DNA from: Octopus sinensis
Taxonomy: Eukaryota
Direction: 5' to 3'
NCBI RefSeq assembly: GCF_006345805.1
Contig: NW_021833050.1
Span: 28,740-92,739, forward strand
Length of the DNA stretch: 64,000 nt
Position 1 is the first letter of the stretch. Every line of letters starts with the position of its first letter. A program made the position numbers and the translations under genes. Positions 48,546 to 62,867 of this stretch are shown here, in pieces. Under the pieces are notes generated by a model. The model saw only the letters and a list, made by a program, of their open reading frames with translations, had not been told where the DNA came from and ran no database searches.

Positions 48546-50739
48546 GAAGAAGAATACCTGTTGTCATAGGTGCCCTGGGAATGATAACAAAAGGGGCTGA
48601 TTGCTACCTAACTCAGATACAAGGAAACCCAAAAATGGCAGAAATTCAAAAGATAGAGCTCATGGGAACTGCTCATATCCTACGCAAAATACTTTCTATG
48701 TAATCTCAAGTTTTAAAACAAACATAATTTTCTTATGGTTTTTTAGGTATTCACTAGTACAACACTAAGTACAAAACCAAATATATGGCACACTAGGCAT
48801 AACACCAACATGAACTTCCAACTTGTTGTCTCTTGAGGTCTCTGGGTGAGACTTGGAGCAAAAGTCAAACATAGAATAATAATAATAATGATAATAATAA
48901 TACAGCTGAAGTAAAGACAAAACATAAAGTGTGTGTGTGTTTAATTGGCAAAAGATGACCGTTTCAACACATCAGGAATCTTCCAAAATAAATATATTGG
49001 GTTGTCCGGAAAGTTTGTGCCGATTTATAGTAGCTTACCGTTTGACTTATTTTAGAACATGGTCGAGTCCATAAAATAGGATTTGACTACACCTCCATTA
49101 AGAGCACAGTTTAAGACTTGGAGCAAAAGTCAAACATACAGAAATTTGTCATTGGTCAGTCTTTGATGTTGCAAAACAAGGTCTTCCAGCTGTGTCCATC
49201 CCTCTTATATTCAGACGCTGTATTTTAGACGACATAGATCCCAAAGCATTCTTTCATTTATAAAGTAACACGGATGTCAATACAGAAAACAAGTTTGGAT
49301 TCAGAAATGCAAAATGTTCACCAGAAATCAAGGAAAAAGAAAAACAAAATGTCCATTGGAAGCACTACGACTGCCCAACATTGCTCATTTTAATTTGGTT
49401 AAAAGGTTAAGATTTTTGAAAAATTTCAGAATATTTTAAGCAAGAATTTAGAAACCCTTTAAGCTACATAAAAATTCATTTTCCATTTTGGTAATTCAAA
49501 ACATGAATACCAAACACGCTGCACCACATCTCAAAGATTATTGTCAAATGCATTTTTCTGTTTGGTTTGCAATTATGCGGATTCAGTTGTTGAAACAAAT
49601 TTTGTGGTGTTCAAGGAGAGTCGTTAGACCAAAATTAATTACACACACTGGTTCAATTCCACTCTTTTATTATTGGTAAATTAGTTAAATATCTAAGCAA
49701 TTAACTAATTAATCTTTTGTTTAATTTGTTGCCTCGTACTACCAACTCGCTAAAAAAAAACCTGATAAGAAAATATGCTACTCTACCAATTGTGGAACTA
49801 AAAAAATATATAAACCCAAAATCCAAATCTAAATCAATTCAAAATCGAAATCGATCAACATCAATGGAAATTGTAGCTGTGATACCAGTGCCAGTGGCAC
49901 GTGAGAGGACCATCCAGACATGGCCATTGCCAGCACCGCCCTGACTGGCCTCCATGCCGATGGCACGTAAAAAGCACCATCTGATCATGGCCATTTGCCA
50001 GCCTTGTCTGGCACCTGTGCTGGTGGCACGTAAAAAGCACCATCCGATCGTGGCCATTGCCAGCTTCGCCTGGCCTCCGTGCTGGTGGCACGTAAAAAGC
50101 ACCATCCAATCGTGGCCATTGCCAGCCTTGCCTGGCCTCTGTGCCGGTAGCATGTAAAAAGCACCATCCGATCGTGGCCGTTTGCCAGCCTCCCCTGGCA
50201 AATTAATTAGTAATCCTAATTGTAGATCAATTAACTTTTCTTACAGCAAGTTAAATGTTGGTTTCAAATTTCGACACAAGGCCAGCAATTTCAGATGGGG
50301 GAGTAAGTTGATTGCATTGTATTATATTTTTATAGTTAAATATTATTAGGTTTTGTATAAAGTATAAAGTGGAGGGCGAGCTGGCAGAAATGTTAGCAAG
50401 CCGGGCGAAATGGTTTGTGTTATTTCGTCCGCTGCTGCGTTCTGAGTTCAAATTCCGCCGAGGTCGCCTTTGCCTTTCATCCTTTCGGGGTCGATAAATT
50501 AAGTACCAGTTACGCACTGGGGTCGATGTAATCGACTTAATTCCTTTGTCTGTCCTTGTTTGCCCCCTCTATGTTTAGCCCCTTGTGGACAATAAAATAA
50601 AATTAGGTTTTGTATAAAAAAATTGTTAAAATATTTTGTGCATTGTAGAAGTATAAATAATATATTTCACATAAATTTTAACAACAAAATTTTATATAAA
50701 TCCCAGTTGATAACCACAGGCCTAGAATTAGTAGCACAG

Positions 50740-51580
50740 GATTTTGGACAATTTGTTAATCCTAGTAAAACCAAATTCATTGATCACAACCAAGAAGGGT
50801 CCATCACCAACATCAGAGGAGATTCCATCAATCAAGTTGATGATTTCTTGTACTTTGGTTCTGAAATAGTCTAAAATGAAAAAGACTTAAAAACTTGGAC
50901 AGTCAAAGCATGGTCAGCCCTAAACAACCGAGAGAATCAAGTAAATCAACCCTGTCCAACTACCTGAAGAGGATTTTTTTCTGTACAATGGTAGAGTCAG
51001 TCCTTTTATATGGAACAACAGCTTGGATGCTTACCAAACAACTGGAATCCAAGCTAGATGGGACTTAAACCTGAATGTTAAGGGCAGTCTTAACCCTTTA
51101 GGGTTCACATTATTCTGCCAAAATTAATGCTTCTTCATCTATATTGTTTTGAACTAATCATGCATTATCTTGTAGTTATGAGATTTTGATGAGGTAGCTG
51201 TTAATTTTGAAGGTGATATTGTAGGGTTGGTGTGAGAGGCAAGATATGGCCAGTTTGAACATAAAACAGGCAGAATACTTTCGGCCGGATATGGCCGGTT
51301 TAAATGCTAAAGGGTTAAACATGTCTAGGAGATCTCATCTCACCAAGAAACAGTTGTGTGGAGATCTCTTACCGGTTTCAACTATTATAAAGCAAAGATG
51401 TGTTTTGTGGGTCACTGCTGGGGACCCACAAGTAACCTGCTCCTATGGATGTCAAAGCATGATCGTATTCATCTGAACACAATGTATGTAGATCAACTCA
51501 CCAAGGACACTGGATGCCTCCCCGAGAACCTCCCTCAACCAATGCAGGACTGTGACAGATGGCATGCACAGGTTAGAAAC
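50740..51580 (+). mobile_element. Old RTE-type LINE fragment
   Basis: NPSKTK...VDDFLYFGS, ESVLLYG and FVGHCW remnants with stops and frameshifts. Confidence 0.65.
51094..51314. mobile_element. piggyBac-like MITE (221 bp) inserted in an old RTE fragment
   Basis: TTAA TSDs at 51090-51093 and 51315-51318; same family as 28463-28683. Confidence 0.8.
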
Positions 51581-52703
51581 GTCTAAACATACTCAACCAG
51601 ATGATTATCATGATATCTCTTTTCTCTCGTTTACTTGTTTCAGTCATTTGACTGCGGCCATGCTGGAGCACCGCCTTTTTTTTAGTCGAGCAAATCGACC
51701 CCAGGACTTATTCTTTGTAAGCCTAGTACTTATCCTATCGGTCTCTTTTGCCAAACTGCTAAGTAACGGGGACGTAAACACACCAGCATCGGTTGTCAAG
51801 CGATGTTGGGGAGACAAACACAGACACACAAACACACACACGCATATGTATACATATATACATATATACGACGGGCTTCTTTCAGTTTCCGTCTACCAAA
51901 TCCACTCACAAGGCTTTTTGTCGGCCCGAGGCTATAGTAGAAGACACTCGCCCAAGGTGCCACGCAGTGGGACTGAATCCGGAACTGCGTGGTTGGTAAG
52001 CAAGCTACTTACCACACAGCCACTCCTGCGCCTATATGGCAGGCTTCTTTCAGTTTCCATCTCAAATCCACACACAAGGTTTTGGTCAGTTTAAAACAAT
52101 AGTAAAAGACACTTATCAAAGGTGCTACGCAGCAAGAATAAACCCAGGACCATATCAATCTTATTATATGGTTCTTTGGGAAAGTTCTACGAAAGCTCCA
52201 GGCCAACCAAAGATTTTTAGTAAATTTGGTTAATGAAAACAGTCATTTATAAATTTACAGACATTACATTATTCATGTATTAATTCTTGTTCAATTTTTT
52301 AAATTTATATATTCATTTTTCTTTTTATTCATTTATATAATTATTTATTATTATCATTATCATTATTTTTTTAGCATACATCACTTTTACAAGAATGTTT
52401 CAAAAGATATTTACATTTTACAAAAAATATTTTTTCTGCAACAGATTAATAATCAATCTGTAAAAGTCTTGTTTATTCAAAAATCTTGTGTACATACACT
52501 CAACCTTTATTTCATTCTTAAACAATCATCTGAAGAGCAACAATAAGAAACTCAGAGTAACAATACATGATGTTCCAGCTTCCAACAGATTAGAAATAAC
52601 TCAACATTTTGAAACCAGTACCTAATTGTGCTGTATTCCTTTGCTTCACACATGCATGTATATTTATACATACATACATATATAATATATATATATACAT
52701 ATA

Positions 52704-52742
<39 letters not shown>

Positions 52743-53395
52743 TATTATGTAAATGGATGAATGAATTATCCTTTGTTACTGTTAACATGGAAAATTCAAT
52801 AAACAGTTACCAGGGTAGCAAAATTCACGCAAGTAACACAGATGAAGCGACCTATTCCTTTGGAATAAAACCAATGTTGTCTTCGAAACATATGTCGAAA
52901 GTAAAAGAATTTTAATAACATCTGCGTTCAACTCCATTTACTTACTTATATATATGTATATATATATATAACGGCAAAGTTTCCGAAAATAAACAAAAGA
53001 CGAAGGCAGGTGGAGTAGAAACAAACAAATGTATTAGTATAGCGCTCAGGAATAGAAAAAGTCTTTTACATTTTGAGCCTACGCTCTTCGACAGAAAGAT
53101 ACACAAAAAAAACCAGGAGAGAAAAAAGGAGAGAAAAAAGGAGAGAAAAAAAAATATACATACATATGTATATATATTCATATATGCATGAGTGTATGTA
53201 CATACATGCATGCATTTATATATATATATGTGCATATATATATAACATACAATATATGTTTATGTGCATATGTCTACATGCACTTGTCTCTTCACACATT
53301 AAAGTGTGTGTGTATATGTATATATATATACACACACATATATATATGTATGTATACATATATATATATTATAATATATATATATATATTATATT

Positions 53396-53431
<36 letters not shown>

Positions 53432-53517
53432 CATACATACATATATATAAGGGAAGGTTTACGAAAATAAACAAAAAAACAATATACATATACATACATA
53501 ATATATATATAATATAT

Positions 53518-53576
<59 letters not shown>

Positions 53577-53637
53577 CATACCCGCACACAAATATAATCC
53601 ATGCCAGAATGAAACATGGAAGTTAATGATAGATATG

Positions 53638-53702
<65 letters not shown>

Positions 53703-54058
53703 GTGTGCTTGTGTGTGTGTGAAGAACACACACACACACATGAAGTATAGTTCTTCTATTGTCTGTTAGCCAGTGGGAGGAAAGTTTTCAAGGCATCAGA
53801 TAAATTCCTTCTTTGATAAGCAACACAGATTTTTCTTCAATTTTCTTTGTTCAAGACAGTTTAGAGATTGTGGACCAAAGACCACAAAGTAAAAACTTGT
53901 CTCCAGTTTTCAAAGAAAGAATTATTTCAAAAGAAAGGAATTTTCTCTCCCAATGGCGTAGGAACTTAAATAACCTCATAATTTACCAATAAGTACAAAT
54001 TTTAGCAGACTATATTATTGTTTTCTTTTCTCTCTTCTCTCTCTCTCTCTCTATTTAT

Positions 54059-54089
<31 letters not shown>

Positions 54090-54399
54090 CATGTGGAGGT
54101 GCAATGGCACAGTGGTTAGGGCAGCGGACTCGCGGTTTCGATTCCCAGACCAGGTGTTGTGTTTATTGAGCGAAAACACCTAAAAAGCTCCATGAGGCTC
54201 CGGCAGGGGGTGGTGGCGATCCCTGCTGTACTCTTTCACCACAACTTTCTCTCACCCTTTCTTCTGTTGGCCTGCTCGCTTAGCCAGCGGGGTGGCGTCA
54301 TTTGAAGGCTAAAACAATGCAAAGCGCATTGTGACCAGCGATGTGTAGCAACATCTGATAGCCTGGTCAGTCACGGTGATATATATATGTATATATATA

Positions 54400-55179
54400 T
54401 ATTTATATATATATATATATACACATAAATATATATTCTTTTGTATATGTACGTATATTCTTTTTTCTTTTATTTATTTATTCTTTTACTTGTTTCAGTC
54501 ATTTGACAGTGGCCATGCTGGAGCACCATCTTAAAGGGTTTCAGTCAAAGAAATCAATCCCAGGACTTATTCACAGTTTACCGCTGAGCCAATATATGGA
54601 CAAACAAGTTTTACGAGCGACTTCAGCAGTAACACACACTCACACGCACACACATACATCAATACCCACTCACACACAGACATAGATACACCTACACACA
54701 AATGAAAGGCAATGAATGTGTGTTTGTATGTGTGTGTGTGTGCACGAGCTCACTAACAAAAATTTGTGCTGCTCCACTTTTGTAAAGTTTTGTCAGTGAA
54801 CTGAAATCCCTATGTTGCTTTGAGGGGAAGGTAAAACTTGACAAACAGCTTCTCCCTCTTTTGTTGGACTACCATGATGTTTGTTCAAAAAAGAGAGATA
54901 ATGAGTGTGATAAAATAATGAAAGCAATATTTACTAAGCGAGTGGACACACAAAGAAATAATTAGACGTAAAATAGAAAAATTATTAGAATTGGGAATCA
55001 AATGTGAAAATATTATCAAATGGCTAGCAAAAAACCTCCCAGAGGTCAAACTTTTTGCTAGTATGTGTATATATATTTACATACATACATATATATATAT
55101 ACACACATATATAATATTTACATACATATATACATATATATACATATATATATACATACATATATATATACATATATAT

Positions 55180-55238
<59 letters not shown>

Positions 55239-56023
55239 ATATATAATATATATATAATATATACACATAAATATATTATTCTTTTGTATATGTACGTATA
55301 TTCTTTTTTCTTTTATTTATTTATTCTTTTACTTGTTTCAGTCATTTGACAGTGGCCATGCTGGAGCACCATCTTAAAGGGTTTCAGTCAAAGAAATCAA
55401 TCCCAGGAACTTTTCACAGTTTACCGCTGAGCCAATTATGGACAAACAAGTTTTACGAGCGACTTCAGCTCAGTAACACACACTCACACGCACACACATA
55501 CATCATACCCACTCACCACACAGACATAGATACACCTACACACAAATGAAAGGCAAGAATGTGTGTGTATGTGTGTGTGTGTGCACGAGCTCACTAACAA
55601 AAATTTGTGCTGCTCCACTTTTGTAAAGTTTTGTCAGTGAACTGAAATCCCTATGTTGCTTTGAGGGGAGGGAAGGTAAAACTTGACAAACAGCTTCTCC
55701 CTCTTTTGTTGGATACCATGATGTTTGTTCAAAAAAGAGAGATAATGAGTGTGATAAAATAATGCAAGCAATATTTACTAAGCGAGTGGACACACAAAGA
55801 AATAATTAGACGTAAATAGAAAAATTATTAGATTTGGAATCAAATGTGAAAATATTATCAAATGGCTAGCAAAAAACCTCCCAGAGGTCAAACTTTTTGC
55901 TAGTATGTGTATATATATTTACATACATACATATATATACACACTATATATATATTTACATACATATATACATATATATACATATATATAACATACATAT
56001 ATATATACATATAATATACAAAT

Positions 56024-56100
<77 letters not shown>
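54400..56100. repeat. ~845-bp direct tandem duplication
   Basis: 54400-55245 and 55245-56100 are near-identical and differ mainly by 1-2 nt indels. Confidence 0.9.
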
Positions 56101-56106
<6 letters not shown>

Positions 56107-56129
56107 TATATATATACACATATATATAT

Positions 56130-56666
56130 GGCATATCAGACCTTGACTACTTTATAGATGGCATGTCAGACTTTGACTACTGGGGTAGACTAGAGAAGCT
56201 GAAATTGTATTCACTCCAACGACGCCGTGAATGCTACATTATCTGTATGATGTGGAAAATATTCCATCAGCACTGTCCGAATGATGTTGGCATCACCTTC
56301 AAAATGCATCCAAGGCTTGGACCACGTGCCATCCGTCCACAACGAAAATCTAAATCGCATCACATAACGACAATACGGCACAACTATTTCACCTCAATTG
56401 GACCCGCTCTCTTCAACATTACACCAGGACACGTCAAAAAAGAAACTGACCACACAAAATTCAAGAAGTCTTTGGACAAATTCCTTCGAACAGTACCGGA
56501 CAAACCACCCACACCCGGGTATGTCTCCGCAAACAATAACTCTCTGCTCGAATGGGCCTTGGTGCCCAAATCCTGAACTGAAAGACTTCGCCAGGTGGTG
56601 CTATTAAGTTAGACATGGCCTGGGCCAATACTGGCCAAAACCTTTCTAAGTTATTCTAAGTTAAGT
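56130..56666 (+). mobile_element. CR1-type LINE 3' end
   Basis: Y..RL.KLKLYSLQRRRE.Y...FKKSLDKFL..VPD.P...GY...NSL motif, with a (TTCTAAG)n-like tail. Confidence 0.85.
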
Positions 56667-56685
56667 TATATATATATATATACAC

Positions 56686-56716
<31 letters not shown>

Positions 56717-56760
56717 CATATATACACATATACATATAATACATACATATGTATATACAC

Positions 56761-56791
<31 letters not shown>

Positions 56792-56793
56792 CA

Positions 56794-56849
<56 letters not shown>

Positions 56850-56918
56850 CATACATATAATATATATATATATACTATATATATGTATAAGATATATATA
56901 TATAATATATTATATATA

Positions 56919-56959
<41 letters not shown>

Positions 56960-58602
56960 CACATATGTGTGTGTGTGTGAGTGTGTGCATGCTGTGTACA
57001 TATGAAATTAAACATATGTTGTTGTTTATTTTTTATTATTGTGCATATAACAGATATATGTATAACTACAGTTATGGTCCCTCATAAATTTCTCTCCCCA
57101 TGGCCCTTTAAAATGCATATTCTTAACGGAAATCTTTCAAAAGGTATGTATTTGTGAGAGTAACTGTAAATTATAACTGTGTGAATAAAACTAGGGAAAA
57201 ACGCTAGGGTTATAGAAAATAACTGTAACAAATTGGGTAGGAGTGCATTAAAAATAATCAGAAATTCAATCTCAAAATATCAAAAAAAAAAATTTTATCA
57301 ACATAATCAATATATACACCCACAGAAATCTATTTCCACAAGATTTCAATATAAAATGTTTGTTTTAAAGAGAGTTTACAGGAATGAAAGTCAGGAAGCT
57401 GGTAGGGGAGAGAAATGGTTATGAACTTCTTGGAAAATTTTCAAAAAATTTATTGCTATAACCATAAAGGATTTCTTTGAAAGTATGGCTCTATAAAATT
57501 TTGTGAAATGATATACATTTTCCAGAAAGTTATGAGGAAATTGATTCAGAAAGGATCACTGGAATCTAGTTATGCCTATAGACTGAAACACACTCACACA
57601 TACACACACACACACACATACACACATTTTCACACATACATACATGAACCCTGTGAAATAAAAGAATATGCATTTGCAAAGAAACGGTGTTTTAAACATG
57701 CATATATATATATATGTATATATGCATATATATAAGCATATATGTGTGAGTATATATATACCGTATTGCGTCTGTCGTTACGTTGTGAGTTCAAATTCTG
57801 CCGAGGTCGACTTTGCCTTTCATCCTTTCGGGGTCGATAAATAAAGTACCAGTTACGCACTGGGGTCGATGTAAACGACTTAATCTCTTTGTCTGTCCTT
57901 GTTTGTCCCCTCTGTGTTTAGCCCCTTGTGGGTAGTAAAGAATAGGTATTTCGTCTGTCGTTACGTTGTGAGTTCAAATTCCGCCGAGGTCGACTTTGCC
58001 TTTCATCCTTTCGGGGTCGATAAATAAAGTACCAGTTACGCACTGTGGTCAATGTAAATGACTTAATGCCTTTGTCTGTCCTTGTTTGTCCCCTCTATGT
58101 TTAGCCCCTTGTGGGTAATAAAGAAATATATATATATATGCGTGTTTACACACCTGTCTTCGCAAGCAAAGTTTATATATAGTTGGAATTTACAAAAAGA
58201 CAAAAGATGAGGACAGATGTGTATACACGCATATATACACACACACATACATGCACACACATAGGTATACACAAACGCACCTTAATATCGAACAGTGAGA
58301 ATGAGCGCTCAACACCGTATTGGTGGATGAAAATTCTTTATTTATGGGTTGAGGCAACCATTAGTTTCATATTAAAAGGTGTCACATGCAACATCAGTGT
58401 TCATTTCCATTTGATAGGCTTGATAATTGTTAAGGGACACCCCGAACATGAAACCAATAGTAGCCTTAACTTATAAATAAAATACATACATACTTACATA
58501 CATTGTGTATATATATATATATATATACATATATGTAGGTCCCGGGTTGAGTCGGGGTTAACCACAGTAAATAAGGTACTCAATACATAGCAGAGTAAAT
58601 TA

Positions 58603-58731
58603 ATTTATTTTATAGAAGGAGCTTCTACAGGACTAGAACTGTTTCATTCAAATGAAATCATCAGGCTTCCTGATGATTTCATTTGAATGAAACAGTTCTA
58701 GTCCTGTAGAAGCTCCTTCTATAAAATAAAT
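58603..58731. repeat. Perfect 63-bp-arm palindrome with a 3-nt loop
   Basis: 58603-58665 is the exact reverse complement of 58669-58731. Confidence 0.95.
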
Positions 58732-58776
58732 AAAATATATATACATATATATATACAATGTATATATGTAAGTATG

Positions 58777-58813
<37 letters not shown>

Positions 58814-59614
58814 TATATATATATATCTATATATATAATATATACATATACACATATACATACATATATATATATATCATCATCATCATTGTCGTTTAAC
58901 GTCCACTTCTCATGCTGGCATGGGTTGGACTGTTCGACTGAGGATTGGTGAGCCAGAAGGCTGCACCAGGCTCAATCTGATCTGGCAGAGTGTCTACAGC
59001 TGGATGCCCTTCCTAATGCCAACCACTCTGAGAGTATAGTGAGGGCTTTTACATGCCACCAGCACAAGGGCCAGTCAGGCAGTTCTGGCAATGACCATAT
59101 TCAAAAGGTGTTTTTTATGTGCTACCTGCAAGGGGAGCCAGTCCAGTGGCACTGGCAACAATCATGCTCAAATGTTGTTTTTCATGTGCCACCAGCACAT
59201 GCGCCGGTAAGGCAACACTGGCAACAATCACATTCGAATGTTACTTTTTACATGCCACTGGCACAGGAGCCAATCCGTGCCCCTTGCAACGATCATGCTC
59301 AGCTGTGCTTTTAACGTTCCCCTGTCATAAGCCATGTCAGCGATTTTGATTCGATTTCACTTGCCTCAATAGGTCTTCGCAAGCAAAGTTCATATATAGT
59401 TGGAATTTACAAAAAGACAAAAGACGAAGACAGGTGTGTAAACAACAAACAGGCGCAGGAGTGTCTGTGTGGTAAGTAGCTTGCTAACCAACCACATGGT
59501 TCCGGGTTCAATCCCACTGTGTGGCATCTTGGGCAAGTGTCTTCTGCTATAGCCCCGGGCCGACCAATGCCTTGTGAGTGGATTTGGTAGACGGAAACTG
59601 AAAGAAGCCTGTTG

Positions 59615-59651
<37 letters not shown>

Positions 59652-60039
59652 TTGTGTGACTGTGTTTGTCCGCCTAGCATTGCTTGACAACCGATGCTGG
59701 TGTGTTTACGTCCCCGTCACTTAGCGGTTCGGCAAAAGAGACCGATAGAATAAGTACAGGGCTTACAAAGAATAAGTCCCGAGGTCGATTTGCTCGACTA
59801 AAGGCGGTGCTCCAGCATGGCCGCAGTCAAATGACTGAAACAAGTAAAAGAGTAAAAGAGTAAAGAGGTGTATTAGTTTATTGCTCAGGAAGGTGAGAAA
59901 GTCTTTTATGTTTCGAGCCTATGATCTTCAACAGAAAGGAACATGAGAAAATAAACAAGGAGAGAATTTAAAAAAAGCTTTAGTGGTTAGCAGTCGATCA
60001 ATGATAATGCAACAGTTCACACAGCTAAAGTTGTTACTG

Positions 60040-60308
60040 AATGGCACAAGGAACATTCTAGTGATGTTGGACATCTTATCTGGTCACTACAGTCCCCAAA
60101 TCTCAATATTATTGAACATTTATGGAGCATTTTAGAAAAACAAATTAGGAGTTGATATCCTCCACCATTATCCCTTCAAGAACTGGAGACTGTTTTAGCT
60201 GAAGAATGGACAAACATTCCTTTGAAAACAATTCAAACTTTGTATGAGTCCATACCTTGTAGAATTCAAGCTGTAATTACGGCCAAAGGTGGTCCTACCC
60301 CATATTAA
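60040..60308 (+). mobile_element. Tc1 (DD34E-type) transposase C-terminal fragment
   Basis: Translates W.LQSPNLNIIEHLWSILEKQ...ELETVLAEEW..IP...IQTLYES.P.RIQAVITAKGGPTPY*, with one internal stop. Confidence 0.8.
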
Positions 60309-60324
60309 AATAAGAAGACCATTT

Positions 60325-60775
60325 TGTTTGTTTGATGGAATTTCAAGAGGGTTGTCCACTTTGAGCTTGTCTCAGATGGTCGTGCTGTGAATGCTAACCT
60401 CTCTGGTCACAGCTGCAGCAAATATTGGATGTTTTGAAAGCCAGCTTTGGTGAACCGAAGACATGCCCTCCTCCAACATGACAATACCCCAGCACCCACT
60501 ACCAATGAAACCAAGCAAAAACCAAGGAACTTGAGAGACTGGAAGTGCTTCCTCACCCTGTCTACAGCTCACACCATCAGATTACCACCTTTCCCAACCA
60601 TGGACTCACTTCCTGCATGGACGGAGATTTGATAATGTGGATGAGATTGGAAACGGATGCAGGGAGCTTTTTTGCCTCTAAACCAACGATATGGTGTAAG
60701 TGTGGAACAGAGCTTCTGGCTAAATGATGTTAAAGACACAATAGAATATGATGGAATATATTCAGATGAATAAAT
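60325..60775 (+). mobile_element. Decayed mariner transposase fragment
   Basis: LLQHDN motif and frameshifted EVLPHP.YS..PSDYHLF motif. Confidence 0.75.
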
Positions 60776-60929
60776 CTTTTTTTGCATGTAATTTGATTGA
60801 ACAGTTATTTAAAGCTATACATTATGAAAAGAAAATATTGACTCAATCAGGTATATATATATATGTTTATATATATGTGGTGGGTGTGTTGTTTATACAT
60901 GTCTATATGTGTGTGTGGTGTATATATAT

Positions 60930-61024
<95 letters not shown>

Positions 61025-62815
61025 GTGGCTGTGTGGTTAAGTAGCTTGCTTACTAACCACATGGTTCCGGGTTCAGTCCCACTGCGTGGCACATTGGGTA
61101 AGCGTCTTCTACTATAGCCTCAGGCCGACCAAATCCTTGTGAGTGGATTTGGTAGACGGAAACTGAAAGAAGCCTGTCCGTATATATATATATTTATAAT
61201 ATATATATATATGTGCTGTGTGGTAAGTAGCTTGCTTACTAACCACATGGTTCCGGGTTCAGTCCCCTGCGTGACACCGTTGGCAAGTGTCTTTACTATA
61301 GCCTCAGGCTGACCAAGCCTTGTGAGTGGATTTGGTAGACGGAAACTGAAAGAAGCTTGGTCGTATATATATATATATATATATATCTATGGTGTGTGTG
61401 GGTATATGTTTTGTGTGTCTATCACCCCCACACATCGCTTGACCACCGATGCTGTTGTGTTTTACGTCCCCGTAACTTAGCGTTTTGGGTAAAAGAGACC
61501 GATAGAATAAGTACTAGGCTTACAAAAGGTAAATCCTGGTTTGAGTTGCTCGATTAAAGGTGTTGCTGTCCAGCATGGCCACAGTCAAATGACTGAAACA
61601 AGTAAGAGTAACGAGAGTGTATTTTATTTACACTCACACATGCAGACATATGGATATAAAATAGCTGGCAATGTGTTTTCTTAACAAATTGTTAAAATAT
61701 AAGTGTTCACGCTTGTGTGAGTGTGTGTGTGTGTGTGTGCATTTGTGCTTGTTTATGTGGAAACTTTCATAATCTACAATCAACAAGCATTTTGCTTTCA
61801 CTTTATTACCTTTGTTTTTCTTTTTTTTTTGTGCTTTTGAATATTAATTATGAAATTAAGTGAAAATATATTTCTTGCAAAATTTGCCACAAAAGTTTAG
61901 TTTCATCTTGATCAAAATGCTTGATACACCAGCCACTTTAATTATTGTTCCTTCACTTCCCCTCGCCTCGCCTACATTTAACATCTCCGACTGCCACTCA
62001 CCTCCACTCCATCTGTTAATTTCTTCTCCTTCTACCAAGTGTAGCTGTGAACAAAAGCACGTGTGCTTTATTATTTGTTTTATATATATATATGTATGTA
62101 TGTATATATATGCATGTATATGTATGTATACACATATGTATATATATATGTATGTATAAATGTATATATATATATGTATGTATATTATACATACATAGGG
62201 AGTCAGAGAAAGGCAGAATGCCACATATATATGAACACTACTATGGAAGTATTCCTTTAAAAAACCTTTCTTTAATTTTTCTAAATTTTCAAAATTTAAT
62301 TATTAATCGTTACAGTTGAAAGGTCTCAAAATGACCGAAACCGGTATGAAAGATTCACTATAAAATCATCTTAGCATTTTCTATTTTTGACTTGTTTTTT
62401 CATATATATATTTATATATAATATACCTATATATATATATTAGATATATATAGAATATATATATATATATATAGATATAAATACTATATATATCCACACA
62501 CACCATATATATGTTTATATATCGGTGTGTGTGTGTATATATATTATATATGTGTGTGATATATATATATGTGTGTGTGTATATATATAGATATAATATA
62601 TATATATATAATATCATTTTTTTGCAAACCATTCTTGATACAGACACAATATCTGAAGACAGCTTTTCTTAAAATAAAAATTAATAATTATGTAAAACAA
62701 ATTCTTAAAATGAAACAGAATAACATATACCATGTCATTCTGATTTTTAAAGATTTTTTTTAGATAATTAATAATTTTTGTTTAAAAATTGTTTTCTTTA
62801 AATTTACATACATAT

Positions 62816-62867
<52 letters not shown>

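Noticed and set aside
49140-49700. Unique-looking segment with short open frames (e.g. ENKFGFRNAKC)
   Set aside because: It is interrupted by stops with no clear splice sites; possibly an old RT remnant but unsupported.
52520-52565. CTGAAGA...GAAACTCAGAGTA hammerhead-like words
   Set aside because: Stem II and stem I do not pair; at most a decayed relic.
53760-53960. Possible exon in non-repetitive sequence
   Set aside because: The frames I translated on both strands close quickly, and I found no convincing acceptor/donor pair.
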